Part shown: positions 56,596 through 64,000 of the stretch, one piece after another
How the letters are laid out: each line of letters opens with the position of its first letter
Numbering within the stretch: the first letter of the stretch is position 1
Program-made: the position numbers and the translations under genes
Source: Bacteroidales bacterium
GTDB lineage: Bacteria; Bacteroidota; Bacteroidia; Bacteroidales; VadinHA17
Direction: 5' to 3'
Length of the DNA: 64,000 nucleotides
NCBI GenBank assembly: GCA_041686075.1
Contig: JAWLEO010000017.1
Span: 12,256-76,255 of the forward strand
Notes under the pieces: generated by a model
Database searches by the model: none
Seen by the model: the letters and a program-made list of their open reading frames with translations, nothing else
What the model was told of the DNA's origin: nothing

Positions 56596-57501
56596 ATGAA
56601 TAAGAGCCTGGTTTCGATCGATGATCTCAGTACCGATGAAATGGTATCCATACTTGATCTGGCCGAAGAATTTGAAAGAGAATCCAGCCAACCACTCCTT
56701 GAGGGTAAAGTTATAGCCACACTTTTTTTTGAGCCCTCAACGCGCACACGCCTGAGCTTTGAGAGTGCCATATCACGGCTGAGCGGTAAGATAGTCGGCT
56801 TTACAGATGCCTCATCCTCAAGTGTTACCAAGGGTGAAACGCTTAATGACACTATCCGTACGGTTAATAATTATTGTGACCTGATTGTAATGAGACATCC
56901 AATAGAGGGCAGTGCACGTTTCGCGAGTGAAATAGCTGATGTCCCAGTAGTCAATGCAGGTGACGGGGCCAACCAACACCCTACACAGACGATGCTTGAC
57001 CTCTACTCAATAAGGAAAACACAGGGTGGTCTTGATAAGCTGAATATCTTTCTGGTTGGTGACCTTAAATACGGGCGCACGGTGCATTCACTATTAATGG
57101 CAATGTCGAGGTGGAATACCACTTTTAACTTTATATCACCTGAAGAACTGAGGATGCCCGTTGAATATAAGCTTTACCTTGATAAGCTCGGATTAAAATA
57201 TTATGAGCATTCAGATTTTACGGATATAATAAACGAAGCTGATATAATTTACATGACAAGGGTTCAGAAAGAGCGTTTCAGTGACCCCATGGAGTACGAA
57301 AAAGTGAAGAATGTCTACGTATTGCATAACAGCATGCTGCATAGCACAAAGGACAATATGAAGGTCTTGCATCCCTTGCCCAGGGTTAATGAAATACACA
57401 CTGATGTTGATCTAAATAAGAAATCATACTACTTCCAGCAGGCCTTAAATGGTGTCTACACCCGGCAGGCTATTTTAACCCGTTTACTTGATCTTAAATA
57501 A
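56596..57501 (+). CDS. pyrB: Aspartate carbamoyltransferase catalytic subunit
   Basis: [19 protein letters not shown] and HPLPR motifs. Confidence 0.95.
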   Translation: MNKSLVSIDDLSTDEMVSILDLAEEFERESSQPLLEGKVIATLFFEPSTRTRLSFESAISRLSGKIVGFTDASSSSVTKGETLNDTIRTVNNYCDLIVMRHPIEGSARFASEIADVPVVNAGDGANQHPTQTMLDLYSIRKTQGGLDKLNIFLVGDLKYGRTVHSLLMAMSRWNTTFNFISPEELRMPVEYKLYLDKLGLKYYEHSDFTDIINEADIIYMTRVQKERFSDPMEYEKVKNVYVLHNSMLHSTKDNMKVLHPLPRVNEIHTDVDLNKKSYYFQQALNGVYTRQAILTRLLDLK

Positions 57502-57513
57502 ACAACTGCAATT

Positions 57514-57972
57514 ATGAAAGAACCGAAACAATTAAGTGTAAGTGCAATTGAAAACGGTACAGTAATTGATCATATACCGGCATCCAGCCTTTTCAAGGTT
57601 ATACAGATACTCGGACTGGATAAAATAAATAATCAAATCACCTTCGGAACAAACCTTGAAAGCAAGAAACTGGGACATAAGGCAATTATTAAGCTGGCAG
57701 GTATATTTTTTGAAGACGACGATATCAATCGCATAGCCCTTGTAGCACCGGAGGCTAAACTTAATATAATAAAAGGATACGAGGTGGTTGAAAAAAGCAT
57801 TGTAAAGGTGCCGGACGAAATTATCGGTATAGCAAAATGTGTAAATCCAAAGTGCATTACCAATTACGAAGCTGTTACCACCAGATTCACAGTTGTTGCA
57901 AAAAAGAATGTGGCACTAAAATGTCATTATTGCGAAAAAATTACTGACCAGGAGCATATGGTCATACTATGA
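57514..57972 (+). CDS. pyrI: Aspartate carbamoyltransferase regulatory subunit
   Basis: IENGTVIDHI N-terminus and a C-terminal zinc domain CVNPKCIT...CHYCEK. Confidence 0.9.
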   Translation: MKEPKQLSVSAIENGTVIDHIPASSLFKVIQILGLDKINNQITFGTNLESKKLGHKAIIKLAGIFFEDDDINRIALVAPEAKLNIIKGYEVVEKSIVKVPDEIIGIAKCVNPKCITNYEAVTTRFTVVAKKNVALKCHYCEKITDQEHMVIL

Positions 57973-57975
57973 TAA

Positions 57976-58446
57976 TCATTTACGTAGCCTGTCGTAGGTT
58001 TTAATCAGCAATTCATCTTTTAAGATATTCCTGAATGCCAGGTATCCAAAAATTGCACCGACAATAGGAAACGTAAGTTTTATATTGAAAATTAGCTCCG
58101 CTTCCAGCTTACGTCCTGTATAAAATATATAATATAACATAAGCAGAAAGGCACCTATCAAAAGAAGGCTTGAAAAAACAGTAAGCCGCATCTGTAATTT
58201 TCGCCGTTTATAAAGGAAAATTGCCACAAAGAATAATACGGGCACTACTATGAGTAATAATGTCAGCGGCAGGCTCTTCTCAATCAGCGCAGTAATGTCC
58301 CCGTTATAAACAGAATATATACCTTTAAAATTCAATTCATAGGTCTCATTGGCATCACTTACCAGCCTGACTATAGCCCCGTTGAGTAAAAAACCCGATA
58401 AAGCAGTAGCAATCGCCAGGTACAGCGTTTGTATTCTCTGTATCAT
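57976..58446 (-). CDS. DUF4293-like small membrane protein
   Basis: MIQRIQTLYL N-terminus and four predicted TM helices, typical of that Bacteroidota family as I remember it. Confidence 0.4.
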   Translation of the reverse strand: MIQRIQTLYLAIATALSGFLLNGAIVRLVSDANETYELNFKGIYSVYNGDITALIEKSLPLTLLLIVVPVLFFVAIFLYKRRKLQMRLTVFSSLLLIGAFLLMLYYIFYTGRKLEAELIFNIKLTFPIVGAIFGYLAFRNILKDELLIKTYDRLRK

Positions 58447-58474
58447 ATATTACCCTGTTTAATGCTCTGCTAAA

Positions 58475-60973
58475 TTAACTCCTTTTTTGGAAATACATCC
58501 AGTCAAGGTAGTATAATATTTTGAGTGATAAACTGTTTGTCATGCCGGTATCAAACATATGGCGCATGTTATCCATGAAATCATAGAATATCTGGTCAGA
58601 ACTGGAGTAAATCGAATTCTTCCATACCAGTGACATCTCGCTGCCAGGTGCAAACCTCCAGGTATATTTAACATCAATATTCCAGGCATTATAATTATAA
58701 TCGTAGTTGTCATCCAGTGTGGTCTCAGTAAGGGAGCCATCATCGTTAAGGGTGTAATATTGATCCAGGTAGTCGGCCTTGGACCAGTAATGGCGTAAAC
58801 GCACTGATAGGTATGAATTTGCAGAGAATATAAAACCCGACTGAATCTTATTTTCGATAGTCTTGTTATTTCTAAGGCCGAAATAAATCATTTCCGTTTC
58901 TTCCCGGTAGCTGACATAGCCGATATCATTTATCCTGTTACGTACTTCAATTTCATAATCTAATGAAAATCTGTCAGATATCTTGAATGTAGGGCTTACG
59001 GAAAATGAGTATTGATATTGATCATAGGGCGACCATATTTTATTATAGCTAAGTCTCACATTTGCAGAAAGCTTCTTACTGCGGTCAGAACTGATAAATG
59101 CACTTGTTGAAAGCTCTTTTCCACGATGATAATACCACCCATCAACCCGGGGCTCATAGTAATCATCTTCTCCCCTTGGTTTATATTCTGCCCTAAGGAA
59201 AAAGGACAGGTGGTTAACGAAGGTTACGTATGAACTGAGGTTGAACTCAGAACCGGTAAAAACCCTGGGCCTATACAACATCATATGCCTGTACGATAAA
59301 GAATTTCTTGCACTCAGAATCTTACCAAAAGGTTGGTATATATTATAGGAAACACTCAACCGGTTCTGTAATTCATTGTTACGCCTCATATATCCCATGT
59401 CATTATGATCATAGGTATCAGACATAGCTTCCATCTGATATTCAAGCCTGAAGGCGCCTCCCGTTTTACCTCCGCTCATTTGGAAAGCATGGCCATAATC
59501 GTTTTCAATATCTTTATAATATTTCTGTGAAACAGCTGCTTGCCCTGATATTGAATAGTGCCTGCTTTTATCCTGTATAGTGAATTCGGTGCCCGTTACG
59601 TTAGCATTGTAGAAATTCTCATCATTCTCTGCATTTCTCCATACATTTGTATTCACCAGGCTTATGTAAGAATTATTTTTCAGGCTCTGGTCCAATACAA
59701 TCATATTATAGTTTGTGAAGGGATCGGTCATCACCCGCCTGGTTTCAGCGCTTTCACTATCCTCAATAGTAGCATACATCGTATTGGTCATTGCATTGAA
59801 CACGCCGATTCCCAGACCTGACTTTGTTCTTCCTGATACCTTTGATGCGTTAATCAAGGACGATTCAGAAGGATTATGTACAACATCTTCAGTAGGATCA
59901 AGATCATTGTAAACCTCATAATACCCTTTTGGCCTTGATCCCACACGCCTGGAATAAAAAATATTGCCCTTATTGAATAATTCTGTTCCTTCCATGAAGA
60001 AGGGCCGCTTTTCGTTATAACGCACCTCATATGGACTCAGGTTCAGTACCCGGTCATCCGATTGCACCTGCCCGAAATCCGGGACAAGAGTAGCATCAAG
60101 TGTAAAAGACTCATTAATGCCATATTTCAGGTCAAGCCCGCCATTATAGGTAAATTGTGGTCCACTTTCACCCGGAGCCTGCTCAAGGTAGCCCGAGACG
60201 TAAGGAGTGAAAGACAACCTCAATGGTGGTTCGATATCCCTTATCTGTGTCATTTCCCCGAGATGATTGAAGGTTGAACCCACCTCCCTGTTGACATAGT
60301 TCCATGATGATTGCTCACGATTCCTTCTTACTTCTCTCCAGAAGTTAATACCCCAGGTTTGAACTTCATCTTTGGGAAACCTCAATGCTGAATATGGTAT
60401 TTTTATTTCTGCTATCCATCCATTCTCAACTACGGAGGTGCTGCTCTCCCATACAGCATCCCATGTGTCCCCGTTACGCCTGTAATCCGAACCTGATCGC
60501 GGTGGACTGTCAGACTGCACCCCGGACACGGAAACTTTGAATACTGCCCCATTTATACCGTCATTGTAAGGGCTTATATCAATTGCAAACTGGTCAGCAT
60601 TAAGCCCATGATCAGAATCCCTTTCCCCGAGCTCCGTGTATATGCTGTCAGGACTGGGATCATACATCATAGCCCCCACATACAATGCTGAATTATCATA
60701 TAGCACCCTCACTTCTGTCTTATATTTACTCGGAGATCCGTTAAAGGGTGTATACTGGATGAAATTGTCAGCTATATCTGCTGACAACCATGCCTGGTCA
60801 TCGAGTTTACCATCAATAAGGGGCGGATCGTCGATTTTTATTGCAGCTATACTCTTTTGCATCAGCAATGGTTTATCCTTCCTGTCCTTCCTGTCTGCGT
60901 ACATATTAGATGCAGTCACAAAAAACAAAAGCATTAGCAACAATAAAATTCGACTGAGGCCTATATCTCTCAT
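58475..60973 (-). CDS. Secreted CBM9-like / DUF5916-type beta-barrel-like protein
   Basis: Signal peptide. IDGKLDDQAW is a CBM9-like start. The long C-terminal region is rich in alternating aromatic residues and ends ...YFQKRS. Confidence 0.45.
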   Translation of the reverse strand: MRDIGLSRILLLLMLLFFVTASNMYADRKDRKDKPLLMQKSIAAIKIDDPPLIDGKLDDQAWLSADIADNFIQYTPFNGSPSKYKTEVRVLYDNSALYVGAMMYDPSPDSIYTELGERDSDHGLNADQFAIDISPYNDGINGAVFKVSVSGVQSDSPPRSGSDYRRNGDTWDAVWESSTSVVENGWIAEIKIPYSALRFPKDEVQTWGINFWREVRRNREQSSWNYVNREVGSTFNHLGEMTQIRDIEPPLRLSFTPYVSGYLEQAPGESGPQFTYNGGLDLKYGINESFTLDATLVPDFGQVQSDDRVLNLSPYEVRYNEKRPFFMEGTELFNKGNIFYSRRVGSRPKGYYEVYNDLDPTEDVVHNPSESSLINASKVSGRTKSGLGIGVFNAMTNTMYATIEDSESAETRRVMTDPFTNYNMIVLDQSLKNNSYISLVNTNVWRNAENDENFYNANVTGTEFTIQDKSRHYSISGQAAVSQKYYKDIENDYGHAFQMSGGKTGGAFRLEYQMEAMSDTYDHNDMGYMRRNNELQNRLSVSYNIYQPFGKILSARNSLSYRHMMLYRPRVFTGSEFNLSSYVTFVNHLSFFLRAEYKPRGEDDYYEPRVDGWYYHRGKELSTSAFISSDRSKKLSANVRLSYNKIWSPYDQYQYSFSVSPTFKISDRFSLDYEIEVRNRINDIGYVSYREETEMIYFGLRNNKTIENKIQSGFIFSANSYLSVRLRHYWSKADYLDQYYTLNDDGSLTETTLDDNYDYNYNAWNIDVKYTWRFAPGSEMSLVWKNSIYSSSDQIFYDFMDNMRHMFDTGMTNSLSLKILYYLDWMYFQKRS

Positions 60974-61105
60974 AAATATCTATTTAACTCTAAAACAATA
61001 TATTACAATATTTGTTTAAGAATGCTTACAAAAATAGACTAAAAATCTAATTAATGGCTCGCATTGCGGCCAATTGTGGAAGGGCTTAACATTTTTTAAC
61101 AGCAG

Positions 61106-61134
61106 AAAAAAAAAGGTGCCTTCCTGGAGACACC
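61106..61134 (-). terminator. Rho-independent terminator downstream of the SPFH gene
   Basis: The minus strand reads ggtgtct-ccagga-aggcacc (7-bp stem including one G-U) followed by T9 (plus-strand A-run 61106-61114). Confidence 0.65.
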
Positions 61135-61171
61135 CCTTGATCTATTTTATCAGTTATTTATTAGATATTAA

Positions 61172-61984
61172 TTAATAATTACCTAATATCAAAGGCAGGC
61201 CATTGTCACCCGCACCGACTATCACAATTTTTGAATTCTGCGATTCAGCAAGCTGGAGGGTAGCATCTATGCCTTTCTGGGTAAGTATTCTGTCAGTGAG
61301 GCTTGCGCTTATTGTCCTGTTGTAATTGGCAATACCATTAGCCTCGATTTGTTTTCTCTCGGCTTCCAGCCTTTCCCTCTCATTAATATAAGTCATTGCC
61401 AGTGCTTCCTGCTCTCTTGTAAGCTTGGTCTCAATAGCTTTTTTTATATCAGGTGGAAGGCCTATAGAACGTATGAGGAGGGCGCGCATATCAATATTGT
61501 TTTTTCGCAATATTGCACCGGTTTCTTCAATAATGGTTGCTTCAACTTCAGACCGCTTTGTTGAATATATCTCCTCGGCTGTGAAGCGCCCGGTAACCTG
61601 CCTCACTGTTGACCTGACCTCAGGTACCACAAGCCTGGCAACATAGTTCTCGCCGAAAGTTTCATGTAAAAATCCAATCCTGTCATAAATAGGGTTGAAC
61701 CTTACGGTAATGTCAACATTTATACTCAATCCGTTTTTATCCAAAACATCCATTGTCTCCTCACTCTTCTGTTCTTTAACATCATATTTGTAGAGCGAAT
61801 TCCAGGGTGCGACTATCTTAAAACCTGTACCCATTATATCGTCCTTCCTTAATTCCCCTGTGAGAGTCTTGAATAAAACCGCTCTTTCACCGGGCTTTAT
61901 AACGTAAAACATCCTGCTGCCGAACAGTAAAAAAAGTACGACTATAACTACCAGTGAAATAATAATTGTCTGTCTTTGTTTCAT
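61172..61984 (-). CDS. SPFH/band-7 (prohibitin/HflC-like) membrane protein
   Basis: N-terminal TM IIISLVVIVVLFLLFG, then an SPFH core (VIKPGERAVLF...) and a coiled coil. I moved the start to the ATG at 61984. Confidence 0.8.
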   Translation of the reverse strand: MKQRQTIIISLVVIVVLFLLFGSRMFYVIKPGERAVLFKTLTGELRKDDIMGTGFKIVAPWNSLYKYDVKEQKSEETMDVLDKNGLSINVDITVRFNPIYDRIGFLHETFGENYVARLVVPEVRSTVRQVTGRFTAEEIYSTKRSEVEATIIEETGAILRKNNIDMRALLIRSIGLPPDIKKAIETKLTREQEALAMTYINERERLEAERKQIEANGIANYNRTISASLTDRILTQKGIDATLQLAESQNSKIVIVGAGDNGLPLILGNY

Positions 61985-62109
61985 GGCTATAATAATTATT
62001 TTGTGTTTCTTAGAATTACAAATGTAGGCTAAAATTGTTTTCTTTCTTAATATTAGGGGACTTTTTTCTATATTGAGAACAAGATGCGAATCTATAATCA
62101 AACCAGGAA

Positions 62110-62970
62110 ATGAAAGAAACTGAGCTTATTACCAATAATGACGGTAGTATTTTCCATTTGAGGCTCAAGCCCGGAGAACTATCTGATAAAATTATAATAG
62201 TAGGCGACCCGGGTCGTGTTGAGTTGATAGGAAAAAACCTTGACAGCATAATTGTAGAGAGGAAAAACAGGGAGTTTTTCACAATTACGGGCACTTACAG
62301 GAATAAAGAGGTAAGTATTATCTCAAGTGGGATTGGTACTGATAATATAGATATTCTTTTGAATGAAGTGGATGCCCTCTTCAATTACGACATGGAGAAC
62401 AAAGTACCATTAGATGAAAGAAGATCACTGACTCTAGTAAGATTGGGCACTTCCGGGGGTCTTCAGCCTGATCTGTTGCCCGGCCAGGCAATAATTACTG
62501 AAAAGGCCATTGGCTTTGATTCAGTAATGAATTACTACAGTGGCATAGAAGAAATAACAGATATTGAATTTGAATCAGAATTTATTAGACATACATCATG
62601 GTCTGACAGGCTACCCTCTCCATATATAATTGATGGAAGCAGGGACCTCCTGGAAAAATTTTCCTCTGCCGGTTTCATAAGGGGGATGACTATTTCAACT
62701 CCTGGTTTTTATGCTCCCCAGGGCCGTAAGCTTACCCTTAAGCCCTATGATGATAAGCTCAATGATAAGATAATGGCTTTCAGGTACAGGGGCAGCCGCA
62801 TCCTGAACTATGAAATGGAAAGTTCAGCTATTTACGGCCTGTCTAAATTACTTGACCACAAGGCCATTACTATCTGTGCAGCTATCGGAAACAGGGTCAC
62901 GGGTAAGTTTATAAATGATTACAAACCGATTATGAATAGCCTGGCGATTACAATACTTGATACTATTTGA
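62110..62970 (+). CDS. PNP/UDP-family nucleoside phosphorylase
   Basis: IIIVGDPGRV, VRLGTSGG and YEMESSA blocks are characteristic of the PNP_UDP_1 fold. Confidence 0.7.
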   Translation: MKETELITNNDGSIFHLRLKPGELSDKIIIVGDPGRVELIGKNLDSIIVERKNREFFTITGTYRNKEVSIISSGIGTDNIDILLNEVDALFNYDMENKVPLDERRSLTLVRLGTSGGLQPDLLPGQAIITEKAIGFDSVMNYYSGIEEITDIEFESEFIRHTSWSDRLPSPYIIDGSRDLLEKFSSAGFIRGMTISTPGFYAPQGRKLTLKPYDDKLNDKIMAFRYRGSRILNYEMESSAIYGLSKLLDHKAITICAAIGNRVTGKFINDYKPIMNSLAITILDTI

Positions 62971-63019
62971 TTATTTGGCACCTTAATATCACCCTTATTT
63001 CCGGCAGCTATATAATTCC

Positions 63020-64000
63020 TTATTTTGCATAACTAACTGCCCTGGTTTCCCTTATAACGGTTATTTTTACCTGGCCGGGGTATGTCATTTCATCCTGAAT
63101 CTTTCTTGCAATATCATTCGACATTGCTTCTGCTTCCTTGTCTGTAACAGCCTCGGCCCCTACTATTACCCGTAATTCTCTTCCGGCCTGTATTGCATAT
63201 GTTTTCAACACTCCGGGGTATTCCAGTGCCACTGCTTCCAGTTCTTTCAGACGTTTTATATATAGTTCAACCACTTCCCTCCTTGCCCCGGGTCTTGCAC
63301 CGGATATGGCATCACATACCTGAACCACAGGTGCAATCAGTGATGTCATTTCAATCTCATCATGGTGTGCACCTATAGCATTATATACTTCAGGTTTTTC
63401 CTTATATTTTTCTGCCAGTTTCATACCATAGACAGCATGAGGTAATTCAGGTTCATCGTCAGGCACCTTGCCGAGGTCATGGAGTAAGCCTGCGCGTTTG
63501 GCAAGCTTGGCATTAAGCCCGAGTTCGGAGGCCATTATTGCACTTAAGTTAGCCACTTCGCGACTGTGTTGAAGGAGGTTTTGCCCGTAAGATGACCTGT
63601 ACTTCATCTTGCCCACCAAACGAATAAGCTCGGGATGTAAGCCATGTATGCCCAGGTCTATTGCTGTTCGCTTTCCTACTTCCACTATCTCCTCTTCTAT
63701 TTGCTTCCTTGTTTTCTCAACTATCTCTTCTATACGTGCGGGGTGTATTCTTCCGTCACTTACCAGTTGATGCAGTGATAAGCGTGCAATCTCCCGTCGC
63801 ACCGGGTCAAAGGCTGACAGGACTATGGCTTCAGGTGTGTCATCCACTATTATCTCCACACCGGTAGCAGCTTCAAGAGCTCTTATATTACGTCCTTCCC
63901 GCCCTATTATCCTTCCTTTTATTTCGTCGGATTCGATATGAAATACAGTAACTGCATTTTCAATAGCTGCTTCTGTTGCCACCCTCTGTATAGTCATCAT
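63020..64000 (-). CDS. rny: Ribonuclease Y, C-terminal ~326 aa (N-terminus beyond window)
   Basis: KH domain [19 protein letters not shown] domain LLQHSREV...LLHDLGK...HH. The ORF is open at the window edge. Confidence 0.9.
   Translation of the reverse strand: MMTIQRVATEAAIENAVTVFHIESDEIKGRIIGREGRNIRALEAATGVEIIVDDTPEAIVLSAFDPVRREIARLSLHQLVSDGRIHPARIEEIVEKTRKQIEEEIVEVGKRTAIDLGIHGLHPELIRLVGKMKYRSSYGQNLLQHSREVANLSAIMASELGLNAKLAKRAGLLHDLGKVPDDEPELPHAVYGMKLAEKYKEKPEVYNAIGAHHDEIEMTSLIAPVVQVCDAISGARPGARREVVELYIKRLKELEAVALEYPGVLKTYAIQAGRELRVIVGAEAVTDKEAEAMSNDIARKIQDEMTYPGQVKITVIRETRAVSYAK

Overview
This 64-kb chromosomal segment is read as Bacteroidota. That placement is an inference from a T9SS C-terminal sorting domain, many lipoprotein-type signal peptides, the long-form YidC, DUF349/DUF4293-type genes and TTTG-N20-TAnnTTTG promoter boxes. 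I support about 46 protein-coding genes. By eye I saw no rRNA, tRNA, CRISPR array, transposase or integrase.

Most of the window is ordinary:
- Housekeeping: nhaA (partial), yidC, pyrG, queE, pyrBI, trmJ-like, yigZ, rny (partial), an SPFH protein and a nucleoside phosphorylase.
- Glycan and nutrient acquisition: GH51 arabinofuranosidase, sulfatase, GH92 mannosidase, a T9SS serine protease, a BtuFCD-like importer, alkaline phosphatase and a C69 dipeptidase.

The stand-out locus is about 34.9-44.3 kb. A HlyD-like adaptor and a C39-peptidase ABC exporter are transcribed divergently from an ECF-like sigma factor. Next come a 1001-aa TPR-CHAT (caspase-like) protein predicted to face the periplasm, and an ORF of 46 codons (42305-42445) that is absent from the supplied track. 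That ORF has a textbook double-glycine leader (LSDEEMILVRGG) and an unusually acidic, Cys-free 18-aa core. After it lie a membrane-anchored TPR protein resembling an anti-sigma factor and a sensorless histidine kinase. No maturase or immunity gene is visible. I interpret the locus as a candidate exported-peptide / sigma-factor circuit gated by a CHAT protease. This is inference and is unverified.

Secondary leads:
- A promoter plus a structured leader of about 270 nt upstream of an orphan bioG.
- Two tandem fused LeuC-LeuD-like aconitase-family paralogs outside any leu context.
- A GroES-like / octaheme-cytochrome-TPR / chorismatase-like operon.
- A tightly packed 7-gene LacI-GH92-protease-BtuFCD array.

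All family assignments rest on motif recognition from the translated ORFs. No database search was run.
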